Positions 1 to 9,178 are shown, counted from the first letter of the stretch. The stretch: DNA of 42,204 nucleotides from a virus (IMGVR_UViG_3300036783_000051:1-42204); one strand, 5' to 3'. Numbers and translations are program-made. The notes: generated by a model not told the origin, from the sequence alone.

Positions 1-81
1 GGGCTGTGTGAAATCGGAATCAATGCCACATGCCACTGATTGCACCTTCCCATATGCCACCGCGTCGGTTATACTCGTCTC

Positions 82-219
82 ATGGAGCCGCCATGCCCGC
101 ACTACTGGTCATTCCGCGATGAGTGGAAGGATGACCCTCCGCCACCCAATCTCGACGGGTGCCCGTACTGTCATGCTCCATGGCCTGAGCCAGGACTCGT
201 GAAGAGAGAGCCATCATGA
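82..219 (+). CDS. Small Cys/His/Pro-rich hypothetical protein (45 aa)
   Basis: Hand-translated: MEPPCPHYW...GCPYCHAPW...; stop overlaps the next ATG (ATGA 216-219). Not in the ORF track. Confidence 0.5.
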   Translation: MEPPCPHYWSFRDEWKDDPPPPNLDGCPYCHAPWPEPGLVKREPS

Positions 220-371
220 TGCCAACGCCCACCACGGATGTACCAGTCAGCTTCCGTACCGAGAACCTCACGGACAATGGCGAGGCGATCGTCACTGACT
301 GCCCTGAGTGCCTCTCAGTCATCAGACTGGTCAATCTAGCCGAGCATCGCGCCAAGGCCCACTCCTCATGA
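216..371 (+). CDS. Small C2H2 zinc-finger-like protein (51 aa)
   Basis: Hand-translated: ...TDCPECLSVIRLVNLAEHRAKAHSS. ATGA overlaps at both ends (216-219, 368-371). Confidence 0.65.
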   Translation: MMPTPTTDVPVSFRTENLTDNGEAIVTDCPECLSVIRLVNLAEHRAKAHSS

Positions 372-967
372 GCTTCTTCATAGGATACGTACACAGCGAG
401 CTGGTACACGCCGCATTCATGGAGTCAGTCATCCGCGAGGGCGAACTAACCGGCGCAATTATCAAGGGCCAGGAGTCTGAGCCCTACGTCGATCAAGCCC
501 GCAACTTCCTGGTCGAACAGTTCCTGGTGAGCGACCGCGAGTGGTTCCTGTCAGTCGACACGGACGTCATCCTGCCCGAGAGAGTCATCACCAGACTCCT
601 GGCGCGGAATCGGAAGCTTATCGGCGCACTCATCTATGTCAATGCCAAGCCGCCATTCCCGCAGATATACCAGAAGATTGCCGACTTCGGTGTTGGCGGT
701 TTCGGCACATACCTGGTCGACACAGACTGGGAGCCCGGCGACCTGATCAAGGCTGGCGCTACTGGCGCAGGGTGTATGCTCATCCACCGCGAGGTTTTCG
801 AGGCCGTACCTCCCAACAAGCCATTTCGCTGGTTCCAGCATGAGCAGCGTGGCGAGGACTTGTTCGGCGAGGACGTAGTGTTCTGTGAGCGGGCCAAGCG
901 AGCAGGCCACCAGCTCTACATCGACACCGCGGTCAAGGCCGGGCACATCAAGCCCAACGTCATATAA
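368..967 (+). CDS. GT-A fold (GT2-like) glycosyltransferase
   Basis: ARN..VEQFL, WFLSVDTDV (DxD motif), GAGCMLIHREVF, GEDVVFC and GHIK motifs. Start moved to ATG 368 (ATGA overlap). Confidence 0.85.
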   Translation: MSFFIGYVHSELVHAAFMESVIREGELTGAIIKGQESEPYVDQARNFLVEQFLVSDREWFLSVDTDVILPERVITRLLARNRKLIGALIYVNAKPPFPQIYQKIADFGVGGFGTYLVDTDWEPGDLIKAGATGAGCMLIHREVFEAVPPNKPFRWFQHEQRGEDLFGEDVVFCERAKRAGHQLYIDTAVKAGHIKPNVI

Positions 968-1025
968 GCGTGCGCCCGCGCGTATATCGCGCGAGGGAGC
1001 GCTCGTTGAGCTAGCCATCCCCCAG

Positions 1026-1041
1026 GTTCGTACGGTAGAAT
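1026..1041 (+). promoter_or_regulatory. Putative promoter for the packaging/virion operon (GTTCGTACGG box + TAGAAT -10)
   Basis: Intergenic TAGAAT at 1036-1041. The 12-mer GTTCGTACGGTA (1026-1037) recurs exactly at 40271-40282 on the - strand. Confidence 0.5.
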
Positions 1042-1207
1042 AACCGCTTGTGACGCTGGTCCTAACGGGACTCCAGAGGAGGTGGTCTATGCACGATGCT
1101 TCGTTCTGAGCGATCTCCGCTGGCCAGGCGGCTGTCCAAAAGGTCACAGCCCCCTATACGCTGAAGACTACTAGCCGCCTGGTCAGCAACTAGATGAAGG
1201 AAGTTGA

Positions 1208-1645
1208 ATGCCAGCACCAAAGAAGCGGCCCCGCGATCGCACGGGCACCGGAACTGGGCACGGGGATGACCCGCGCTACATCAAGGTGACGCAGGGCGCA
1301 TCTACTGGAGCTGGCCATCCGATACCATCAGCAGACACAAGCTGGAGACCGAAGGCTAGGAGTTGGTTTAATTCACTCAAGCTATCGGGCCAGTCTGAAT
1401 TCTTTGAACCTAGTGACTGGGCTACAGCCGTTGCCGCGGCTGACGCCTATGATGTATTCCTGCGTACGCATAACGCTAGCATTCTGGCGCAGTTTACTCG
1501 CCTGAGTGAGCGGCTCGGTGCTACCATCACTGACCGCAAGCGTAGTCGTATCGAGCTGGAAGAGCCCGCACCGGAAGATGAAGATGAGGCCGCCGCAGAC
1601 CAGGCCGTTCAAGGCTGGCAAGGCAGGCTTCATTCAGTGCCATAG
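1208..1645 (+). CDS. terS: Terminase small subunit (actinophage type)
   Basis: WFNSLKLSGQSEFFEPSDW...LGATITDRKRSRIEL pattern; upstream of the large terminase. Confidence 0.85.
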   Translation: MPAPKKRPRDRTGTGTGHGDDPRYIKVTQGASTGAGHPIPSADTSWRPKARSWFNSLKLSGQSEFFEPSDWATAVAAADAYDVFLRTHNASILAQFTRLSERLGATITDRKRSRIELEEPAPEDEDEAAADQAVQGWQGRLHSVP

Positions 1646-1745
1646 GGCCCATGGGAGAGGAACCATGTCCAGCTACTTGATTATAGGCAGTCTAGTATCA
1701 CCTTGCATGTCTTAGCATCCCACACGCCGGAGGGATCGCAGAGGC

Positions 1746-1844
1746 ATGTTGTTTTGGTATTTGTTTTTCGCCACGGGCATTCTTGGCAGCTTGCTGTGCG
1801 CTGGCCTTCTGGTCGCGTACGATAAGTACAGGAGCGGCCGGTGA
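1746..1844 (+). CDS. Small single-TM membrane protein (32 aa)
   Basis: MLFWYLFFATGILGSLLCAGLLVAYDKYRSGR; GAGG upstream; GTGA overlap with terL. Confidence 0.5.
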   Translation: MLFWYLFFATGILGSLLCAGLLVAYDKYRSGR

Positions 1845-3496
1845 GCATACTCATAGCTCCACGTGACCGTACCGTGACAATACCGGACGGTGTCCCCAAG
1901 CTTACCCTCGGCTGGGAGGCCATCCATTGGGCCTCTAAATACCTGCGCCAGCCCGACGGGCCGAAGACTGGCCAGCGCTGGGAGTTCATTGAGAGCCAGG
2001 TCCGGTTCATACTGTGGTGGTATGCCCTAGACGAGCGCGGACGCTGGCTATTCTACCACGGCGTGCGCCGATACCCCAAGGGGGCCGGGAAGTCGCCATT
2101 CGCTGCTGTTCTATCGCTGATCGAGCTACTCGCGCCAGTCAGGCTCAAGGACTTCGACAAGAGAGTGATCGGTGGTTGTGTTGGACGACCAGTCGGTATG
2201 CCTTTGGTGCAGATTGCCGCTACCAGTCATGATCAGGCTAACGTCAACACGATGCGCATGGTGCGGGCACTACTCCCACCCAAGTCTCGCATTCGTGCTG
2301 ATTATGATGTTGAGACGGGCAAGACTGTTTTCCATATACCGGGCGGTGGTCAGCTCATGGTCATCACGTCAAGCCCAGTCACTGAAGAGGGCGCCCTAGT
2401 CACGTTTGCAATCCTCGACCAGACGGAGTCATTCTTCCCAGTTAATGGAGGCGTGGCTCTCGCGGAGGTCCTAGACCGAAACGTCGGCAAGTCAGGAAGC
2501 AGGCTCCTGGAGACGAGCAACGCCTGGGAGCCCGGAAAGGAATCAGTTGCTGAGAATACGTTTGATGCCTGGGTCGCTCAAGAAGAGGGCAGGCTGCGCG
2601 GAACCGGCCGCATCCTCTATGACTCTAGGATGGCCCCTCCTGATATTGACTTCGAGAACGACAAGTCGATCGAGCGAGGTGTGGAGCATGCTTATGGTGA
2701 CGCCTTCTGGGTCGATGTCTATGACATCGTACAGAACCGAATCCTATCCCCCAAGAATCCGCTCGATGTCTCCAAGCGTTACTACCTGAACTGGCCAGAG
2801 GCCGCCGAGGACGCATGGACGACTCAGCAGCTCTGGTCGCGGATGTCCGATCCAGCATACTACATCAATGATGGCGACGACATCACCATGGGCTTCGATG
2901 GTAGCCGTGTTAATGATGCTACCGCTCTGATAGGCTGTCACGTTAAGACGGGCTTTACATTTAGCTTGGGTATCTGGGAGACGGATGATGGACGCAGGCC
3001 GATCCCAGTATGGGAAGTCAATGAGGCTGTTGAAGCAGCGCGGAAGCGTTGGCACGTCTGCGCATTCTTTGCGGATGTCAACGAGTGGGAAGAGCACACG
3101 AAGGTGTCGTGGCGGGCTATGTTTGAGGAGGACCTGCCTGTATGGGCGGTTCCGGCTGGACGAGACCCTCAGCCAGTAGCCTGGGATATGCGCTCGCATA
3201 TAGCAGAGTTCACCATGGCTTGCGAGATGGTGCTGAGCGAAGTTGAAGAAGGCAGCTTCGTTCACGATGGCGACAGCTTCCTCGGCCGACATGTAGTCAA
3301 CGCTCGGCGCCGGCCGAACCGCTGGGGAATCAGTATCGCCAAGGAAAGCCCCAAGTCGTCGCGCAAGATAGATGGCTGTGTAGCGATGATCATAGCTCGC
3401 CACGCACGGAGACTGGTACTAAGTAGCAAGACATTCAAGGAACAGAAGCAAGAGGCCGAGCGTGCCGGTAAGCGACAGATTTGGAGCTTCTCATGA
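1841..3496 (+). CDS. terL: Terminase large subunit
   Basis: Walker A-like RYPKGAGKS, Walker B AILDQTE, RNase H-like nuclease domain (MGFDGSRVNDATAL ... KIDGCVA). Confidence 0.96.
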   Translation: MSILIAPRDRTVTIPDGVPKLTLGWEAIHWASKYLRQPDGPKTGQRWEFIESQVRFILWWYALDERGRWLFYHGVRRYPKGAGKSPFAAVLSLIELLAPVRLKDFDKRVIGGCVGRPVGMPLVQIAATSHDQANVNTMRMVRALLPPKSRIRADYDVETGKTVFHIPGGGQLMVITSSPVTEEGALVTFAILDQTESFFPVNGGVALAEVLDRNVGKSGSRLLETSNAWEPGKESVAENTFDAWVAQEEGRLRGTGRILYDSRMAPPDIDFENDKSIERGVEHAYGDAFWVDVYDIVQNRILSPKNPLDVSKRYYLNWPEAAEDAWTTQQLWSRMSDPAYYINDGDDITMGFDGSRVNDATALIGCHVKTGFTFSLGIWETDDGRRPIPVWEVNEAVEAARKRWHVCAFFADVNEWEEHTKVSWRAMFEEDLPVWAVPAGRDPQPVAWDMRSHIAEFTMACEMVLSEVEEGSFVHDGDSFLGRHVVNARRRPNRWGISIAKESPKSSRKIDGCVAMIIARHARRLVLSSKTFKEQKQEAERAGKRQIWSFS

Positions 3497-5130
3497 TAGT
3501 TGACCTGCCTGAAATTCCAGAGCTTGCAAACCAGATGATGCAGATTCGCTCAGTCGAGCAGGTTCGCCTTGATCTGATCAGCAGATACATGCGCGGCAAG
3601 CATGCAAAGCCGTACGCGCCCAAGGGCGTCAACTCTGAGTACCGCTGGATCATGAGCAAGTCCAAGCGCAATTTCCTGCCGCTCGTAGTTTCTGTCATCT
3701 CTGAGAACCTTCACGTCGACGGCTACAAGCCTTCCGGGCAGACGACCATCGAGACGGCCTCCACTATCGACGTTGACCCCATGTGGAACACCTTCCGCGC
3801 TAACCGCATGATCTCTCGCCAGCACGGCGTTCACCGCGCTGTTTGCAAGTACGGGACGGCCTACGTGGTGGTGCTGCCTGGAAGCATGGCGACCGATGAA
3901 GAGCTTGAAGCTGGCGGCTCAGCCAACGTACCGGTTATGAGGCCGGTCAGCCCTCGGCGGATGACCGCGTTTTACCTTGACGACGTTGATGACGAGTGGC
4001 CTCAGTGCGCAATCGAGGTTCGTATCGCTGGAAATCCAGCACGTCCGCAGAGCCAGCGTGTTATCGCTAGCCTCTATGACGAGACAGCCCGCTACATCCT
4101 GACAAGCCAGGAAGGAATCCAAGGCTCAGCCGCTACGAATATCAAGCTCAGCATAGCGAGTCCAGGCGACCCCTACCTCAACGGGTTGCCGCCTATCTCA
4201 ATGCATAACCTCGGTATTTGCCCGGTCGTCAGGTTCCTGTATGAAGCCGACCTTGACGGCGAGACTGACTGTTCCGGCGAGGTGGAGCCGCTCATCCCGA
4301 TCCAGGACCAGATCAATGCTACGACGTTCAACCTGATGATGGCCGAGCAGTACGAGGCGTTCAAGCAGCGCTGGGTCACCGGTATGAGCCCATCAGACGA
4401 GTCGGGCCGTCCCAAGGCTCCATTCCAGCCGGGTGTCGATCGCGTGTGGGCGGCCGAGGATGCTGCCACCAAGTTCGGCGAGTTCAGCGAGGCCAAGCTC
4501 GACCCGTACATCAACGTGCGCGAAGCAAGTATCCGCCACATGTCGACAATCTCGCAAGTCCCGCCGTATCACCTCCTCGGCCAGATCGCTAACCTCAGTG
4601 CCGAAGCCCTGGCAGCAGCGCGGGATGGTCTCGATCGTAAGGTGGAAGAACTGCAGTCTACCCTGACTGATCCCTGGCGCAATAGCTTCCGCCTCAACGC
4701 GCTGGCCGCAGGAGATAAGACCAGCTGGGCCGACCTTAACGGCGAGGTCGTCTGGCGCGATACCTCCGCGCGTGCATTCAGCGCTACGATCGACGGGCTC
4801 GGCAAGGCCGCGCAGATGCTTGGTATCCCGGTTGAAGAGCTATGGCGACTCATACCGGGCGCGACCGCTGATGACGTGAACAGGTGGGTTCAGGCCAAGC
4901 AGCAATACCAGGCGAAGCAAGTCGTCAAGGATGCTGTTGCGGCAGCGCTCCAGTCTCAGCCGCAGTACACCAACGTCCAGCAGCAGATAGGTGGCGGCCC
5001 CGGTGGCGGCGGTATTCAGACATCAGTCCCAGTTCAGGTCCCAGCCGGCACTCAGGGCCAAGTGACAGGAGCTAACCCGGCCAAGGAATCCAGGCTGGCA
5101 ACCGGCGGTGGTGGAACGAATGTCCACTAG
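3493..5130 (+). CDS. Portal protein (SPP1 gp6-like) with Gln/Gly-rich C-terminal tail
   Basis: Follows terL (ATGA overlap); NFLPLVV, GEVEPLIPIQDQIN and ANLSAEALAAA motifs. Confidence 0.93.
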   Translation: MIVDLPEIPELANQMMQIRSVEQVRLDLISRYMRGKHAKPYAPKGVNSEYRWIMSKSKRNFLPLVVSVISENLHVDGYKPSGQTTIETASTIDVDPMWNTFRANRMISRQHGVHRAVCKYGTAYVVVLPGSMATDEELEAGGSANVPVMRPVSPRRMTAFYLDDVDDEWPQCAIEVRIAGNPARPQSQRVIASLYDETARYILTSQEGIQGSAATNIKLSIASPGDPYLNGLPPISMHNLGICPVVRFLYEADLDGETDCSGEVEPLIPIQDQINATTFNLMMAEQYEAFKQRWVTGMSPSDESGRPKAPFQPGVDRVWAAEDAATKFGEFSEAKLDPYINVREASIRHMSTISQVPPYHLLGQIANLSAEALAAARDGLDRKVEELQSTLTDPWRNSFRLNALAAGDKTSWADLNGEVVWRDTSARAFSATIDGLGKAAQMLGIPVEELWRLIPGATADDVNRWVQAKQQYQAKQVVKDAVAAALQSQPQYTNVQQQIGGGPGGGGIQTSVPVQVPAGTQGQVTGANPAKESRLATGGGGTNVH

Positions 5131-6067
5131 TCAGGATACGGCCTTCGACCGGACTCCTCAAACCGACCGGAGCGCGATTAGAGGCCGCGAGAACTTCGAC
5201 CCCTCACAGACCCCTAGGGACGGCCGCACAGCGACCCCTAGGCCGCGCCGGTTCTCGTTCAGTGGCACGAGCGATCCGCTGAACGCTATCGCCCCGGACC
5301 CGCCGACCTATATCACAACTGACTTCCAGCAGAAACAAGGCTCTATCAGGGATTACGTCGCCAGAGGCATCAAGGCGATGTGGGATCAGCACATCGACCC
5401 GGAGCAGTTCTCGGCGAGCTGGAAAGACCTAGGGCCGGTTATCAAGACGCTCATAGCGCAACACTTTGATGCGTCGGCCGCGAACGGCGCTGACTTCTAT
5501 CGCAACCTGACGGTAGCCAATGATCTGCCCCTGGCGCGGATACACCCGGCACGATTCTCGGGCCAGCATCTCAACAGGATGGCTGGTAGCGTTACAAACG
5601 GAACCTTCTACCATCAGCTCAACACGAAGGGAGCCGACCCGCTCACAGCATCAGATTCCGCGCGCAACACACTCTCTGGCGCTGGCGCCCGGTTCGCCCT
5701 AAACGGAGCGCGGAATACGGTCATCGCTAACGTTGCTCATGACCCGAACGCAACGGGCTGGGAACGGCTTATTGAGCCGGGAGCCTGCGCGTACTGCGCG
5801 GCCCAGGCTGCTAAGGGTCCATTCAAGCCAGGCAATACAAGCTTCCGCGCTCACGATAATTGCGCTTGTCTTGCTATGCCCGTCTTGCGCGGAGCTACCA
5901 TGAATCCGAACGGCGCACTACGTGATGAGTGGAACAGGATAACAGGAACATTCACTGGCAAGGAAGCGAGAGCTGCCTGGGACAGGTATTGGAGTGAAAA
6001 TGGCTACGACGAAAACCCCACCCCACGAGACGACAGCGGGACGGAAGAAGTTGGGGGCGCAGGGTAA
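5120..6067 (+). CDS. MuF-like / capsid maturation minor head protein
   Basis: GWERLIEPGACAYC...FRAHDNCACLAMPV Cys/His motif; post-portal position. Confidence 0.8.
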   Translation: MSTSQDTAFDRTPQTDRSAIRGRENFDPSQTPRDGRTATPRPRRFSFSGTSDPLNAIAPDPPTYITTDFQQKQGSIRDYVARGIKAMWDQHIDPEQFSASWKDLGPVIKTLIAQHFDASAANGADFYRNLTVANDLPLARIHPARFSGQHLNRMAGSVTNGTFYHQLNTKGADPLTASDSARNTLSGAGARFALNGARNTVIANVAHDPNATGWERLIEPGACAYCAAQAAKGPFKPGNTSFRAHDNCACLAMPVLRGATMNPNGALRDEWNRITGTFTGKEARAAWDRYWSENGYDENPTPRDDSGTEEVGGAG

Positions 6068-6287
6068 GGCGCTACCTAGCAAGAGCGGAGGGGCTCCGCG
6101 CTACCCGGTGCCGAACGTGGCATACCTCAAGAAGGCGATCAAGGCTGTCGGCCGAGGCAAGGGCGACCATTCCACGATCCGGCGTTACCTGATCCGTCGC
6201 GCCAACGCCCTGGGAGCGCGAAACCTAATACCCGATAACTGGAACGCAGATGGGAGTACGAGCTTATGCCAGAGGCAAGCCTCATGA
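6000..6287 (+). CDS. Small basic head-associated protein
   Basis: RYPVPNVAYLKKAIKAVGR...IRRYLIRRANALGARNLIPDNW resembles a helical domain recurrent in actinophage head modules (recalled, not searched). Confidence 0.65.
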   Translation: MATTKTPPHETTAGRKKLGAQGKALPSKSGGAPRYPVPNVAYLKKAIKAVGRGKGDHSTIRRYLIRRANALGARNLIPDNWNADGSTSLCQRQAS

Positions 6288-6544
6288 AGGCCAAGCCAGG
6301 AGACAAGTACAAGTACAAGCACCCAAACGGTCTTGGCTACGGCGAGCATAGCAAGAGTGAAGCCGGTTTCGGCGAGATGACCGCCGAGATGACTGAGCTA
6401 GACCTCAAGGATGGAATGTCGGTCGAGTTCGTCCAGCTCGACGAGGAATCAGGATGGCCTATCGTCAAGTGGACTGACAGCACGGGAATTCTCCGGCATA
6501 CCACAATAGAAGAACAGTACGTCGATATGTTCCCAGGAGCATGA
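6284..6544 (+). CDS. Hypothetical protein
   Basis: ORF with ATGA overlaps on both sides. Confidence 0.6.
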   Translation: MKAKPGDKYKYKHPNGLGYGEHSKSEAGFGEMTAEMTELDLKDGMSVEFVQLDEESGWPIVKWTDSTGILRHTTIEEQYVDMFPGA

Positions 6545-7020
6545 GGACACGCACTATGCCACTACTCAGCGCCGGCCAGCTAATGCAGTACGCGCAGCAG
6601 CAGGCTCTCAATGCGGTGTTCCTGAAGTCCCAGAGTCCGGCAGCCGCGGCCACGTATCTTGCCGTCAGTACTTCTGCGTCCTCGGGCGTGCTCAGCTCGA
6701 CGGAGACGGCCATGTCGGGCACTAGCATCAACGAGTACGCGACCGCGAGCGGGTACGCGCGTCAGGCGTACGGCCCGGTCGTAGCCACTGGGGCAAGCCC
6801 ATCGCTTATCTATAACACGAGCCAGATTACCTGGGGACCGTTCACCTCCGCGCCGGGTACAGCGCAATGGGCCATTGCAACTGACGCGGTATCGGGCGGA
6901 GCTGCGCATCCTATCGCTGCATATCTGCTCGCGGCTCCGCGTACACCCGCAATCGGCGACTCACTCCAGGCTGCTGCAGGCACGGGCAGTGCAGGCGTGG
7001 GATTCATCTGCCAGGTGTGA
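6541..7020 (+). CDS. Putative minor virion / fibre-associated beta protein
   Basis: YLAVST...EYATASGYARQA...ITWGPFT...WAIATD...RTPAIGDSL pattern, as in small phage minor tail proteins. Confidence 0.65.
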   Translation: MRTRTMPLLSAGQLMQYAQQQALNAVFLKSQSPAAAATYLAVSTSASSGVLSSTETAMSGTSINEYATASGYARQAYGPVVATGASPSLIYNTSQITWGPFTSAPGTAQWAIATDAVSGGAAHPIAAYLLAAPRTPAIGDSLQAAAGTGSAGVGFICQV

Positions 7021-7021
7021 C

Positions 7022-7306
7022 ATGACCATATTCGAGATCAGCCCGCTCATCCCAGACCTACATGTACCTCGCGCGTACCCGTGCGGAGCAATCGTGGCGC
7101 CTCCGGCTTTCCATTGTGGCGCCACGCCAGCTAGCCTGTACTTGCGGGTCTGCGGCGTAGCTGGGCATGAGCAGAAAGTATGGCTGTGCCCTATTCACGC
7201 AACCATGGCAACTCACGGAGCTGCCCTGTGCCGAGAGTGCGCCAAGCGCGGAGGTATCACGCCTGTCGTTCTATACCGTCTAACTGAACCACTGAGGTTT
7301 GTTTGA
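7022..7306 (+). CDS. Cys/His-rich hypothetical protein
   Basis: ATG 7022; CGVAGH, CPIH and CREC motifs. Confidence 0.55.
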   Translation: MTIFEISPLIPDLHVPRAYPCGAIVAPPAFHCGATPASLYLRVCGVAGHEQKVWLCPIHATMATHGAALCRECAKRGGITPVVLYRLTEPLRFV

Positions 7307-7662
7307 TGGCCATCACAAACTCCACCGCGTCGGGTTCGCTCGGCAGGACTACGCCTGTAGCTGGGGCATCAACGGCGGCCAGCTCTGTCCCTGGCGCGGT
7401 GGCTCAAACAGTCGCAACGGGAACCGTGTCTCTTGTTGCGGCTCTGGCTGGCATGGCCTATGGGGTATCAGCGGCGACTGGTGCGCTCAGGCTGATTGTT
7501 GTGCTAGCCGGCGGTGCGGTCTCGGCCAGCGGTGCTACGGGCTCCATCAGACTGGTCGGGGCTGTATCCGGTATGGCCACCTCGGTTGGCGCTGCTGCGG
7601 GCTCCATTGTGCTGGCCGGGGTGGTCACCGGATTGTTTCAACGACTAGTGCGAGGACGCTGA
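7306..7662 (+). CDS. Ala/Gly/Ser-rich repetitive virion (fibre-like) protein
   Basis: Repeating units of about 20 aa (xLAGxAxGVSAATGxLxL). Confidence 0.6.
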   Translation: MAITNSTASGSLGRTTPVAGASTAASSVPGAVAQTVATGTVSLVAALAGMAYGVSAATGALRLIVVLAGGAVSASGATGSIRLVGAVSGMATSVGAAAGSIVLAGVVTGLFQRLVRGR

Positions 7663-7663
7663 T

Positions 7664-7837
7664 TTGATACCTGATGAGATAACGGCGGTCGTCTGCGTTA
7701 GCAACGCACTAGCGGCTGAGATGTCTACTGATGCGATTAGCGCAACTGTTGTGTCGAATAGCCTCGGCGCAGTAGTTGAGACGGATACGGCTGAAGCTAC
7801 TATCGAAACTAACGAAATCAGTGCAGAGGTGATGTAA
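7664..7837 (+). CDS. Small acidic protein with about 9-aa repeats (57 aa)
   Basis: TTG start after GAGGA; STDAISATV/VSNSLGAVV/ETDTAEATI/ETNEISAEV repeats; TAATG overlap with the next gene. Confidence 0.55.
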   Translation: MIPDEITAVVCVSNALAAEMSTDAISATVVSNSLGAVVETDTAEATIETNEISAEVM

Positions 7838-8163
7838 TGGATATGCTAGCGTTGTTCTTCAAGCAGGGCGACGACATTGTCGTTACCGCCAAGTACCCTG
7901 AGATAACAGACGGTACGGGCATGACGGCGAAGTTCTATATCAAGGATGACAAGACGACGCCTGACACCGACCCAACGGTATTGACGTATGACAGCGATGT
8001 CATAGCAGACCCAGACAGTTCGGGCACAACTCTGTCACAATTCGACATCCCATCGACGGACACCCAAGGCGCTGGGGCCTTGTGGTGGAAGGTCAAGGTT
8101 TTCGATGCAACCAGCGACGAAAGGACCGCTAACCAGGGTCCACTGCTTATAGAGGCGATGTAA
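7837..8163 (+). CDS. BppU-N/LtfC-like beta-sandwich fibre adaptor
   Basis: FKQGDDIVV...AKFYIK...FDIPSTDT...WWKVKV...QGPLLI pattern. Confidence 0.55.
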   Translation: MDMLALFFKQGDDIVVTAKYPEITDGTGMTAKFYIKDDKTTPDTDPTVLTYDSDVIADPDSSGTTLSQFDIPSTDTQGAGALWWKVKVFDATSDERTANQGPLLIEAM

Positions 8164-8164
8164 C

Positions 8165-8401
8165 ATGGTAGCCGGCAAAGAGGTAACACCAAGCGATGTA
8201 TCGAGCACAGAACGGCTCATGAGGTATTGGGCGGAAGGGCCAGGCGCAGCCAAGATCGGATGGGGCACGAAGGATGACTTCTACAGGTGCGAGGCCCTTC
8301 TCAGCAAGTACGTCGGCCCAGATCAGGTGAAGGGCCTGTGCTCAAATCTACATGAGCGTGCCACCGGTTTCAGGCCGGGACACGCACCTTCGGAACAGTA
8401 G
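8165..8401 (+). CDS. Conserved actinophage head-associated small protein
   Basis: LMRYWAEGPGAAKIGWGT.DDFYRC...KGLCSNLHERATG motif. Confidence 0.7.
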   Translation: MVAGKEVTPSDVSSTERLMRYWAEGPGAAKIGWGTKDDFYRCEALLSKYVGPDQVKGLCSNLHERATGFRPGHAPSEQ

Positions 8402-8450
8402 CAAACGCTGTCCCGTATATAGAGCGCCGTGCCAGGGCTGCGTGAGGGCT

Positions 8451-8479
8451 TTACGTACGCGCTCGACTCAGCTATAATC
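8451..8479 (+). promoter_or_regulatory. Putative promoter for scaffold/capsid genes
   Basis: Consensus TATAAT at 8474-8479 in intergenic DNA, with CGTACG at 8454-8459. Confidence 0.45.
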
Positions 8480-8499
8480 TACGCGAGCAAGGATGAGGA

Positions 8500-9117
8500 A
8501 TGAGCGAGACTGCTACTGAAGACACTGGCGCTACCGGAGAGGCCGGCGCAACCGGAGCCGACGCTGCAGGAGAGCACCCCGAAGATCAAGGTGCCGAAGA
8601 GCAGCTCCACGAGGTCATGCAAGAGCAAGACCCTGACGAGCTGACGAAGCAGGTAGAGCACTGGAAGCAAATGGCCCGGCGGCACGAACGTACCGCTCGG
8701 GATAACTCTGGCGCTGCTAAGAAGTGGCGCGATCAAGAGGATGCCAACAAGTCTGAAGTTCAGAAGGCGCTAGAAGCCCAGCAAGCGGCAGAGCAAGAGC
8801 GAGATGCCTTGAAGATGTCGCAGAGCAGGATGACTGCAGCCGTCACTCATAACCTGTCGCCCGACCTGATCGACTACCTCGGAGATGGAACCTCTGAGGA
8901 GATCAGCGAACGGGCAGAGCGTTTGGTAGGTATCATCGAGGCAGAAGTCACGAAGCGGATGCAAGCACAGCAAGGCCAGCAAGGAAACGGTGGCCGCTCA
9001 GGCGGTGGCCGTCCAGCCGAACGGCTAACTGGTATGCGTGCAGGCGCAGCTCCGTCAGACAACGCGACGATGACATCAGACCAGATGTTCCGACGGCTTA
9101 TGACCGGTAGTGAGTAA
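8500..9117 (+). CDS. Capsid scaffolding protein
   Basis: Acidic N-terminus, HWKQMARRHE motif, coiled coil, directly upstream of the capsid gene. Confidence 0.88.
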   Translation: MSETATEDTGATGEAGATGADAAGEHPEDQGAEEQLHEVMQEQDPDELTKQVEHWKQMARRHERTARDNSGAAKKWRDQEDANKSEVQKALEAQQAAEQERDALKMSQSRMTAAVTHNLSPDLIDYLGDGTSEEISERAERLVGIIEAEVTKRMQAQQGQQGNGGRSGGGRPAERLTGMRAGAAPSDNATMTSDQMFRRLMTGSE

Positions 9118-9178
9118 TCCAATCTAGCGCAGGCCGAGCGTTACATCACAGTACCGCGCTTGCGCGGAAAGAGCAGTC

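Noticed and set aside
968-1000. CGCGCG-TATAT-CGCGCG palindrome as a cos/pac site
   Set aside because: Cannot be distinguished from a terminator hairpin after the glycosyltransferase without read-end data.
1841-3496. Intein or intron in terL (also checked dnaE)
   Set aside because: Protein lengths are normal, motifs are contiguous, and no splice-junction or homing-endonuclease motifs were seen.
7650-7670. Frameshift or readthrough fusing the 7306 and 7664 ORFs
   Set aside because: No recognisable slippery site, and the downstream ORF has its own GAGGA RBS and TTG start.
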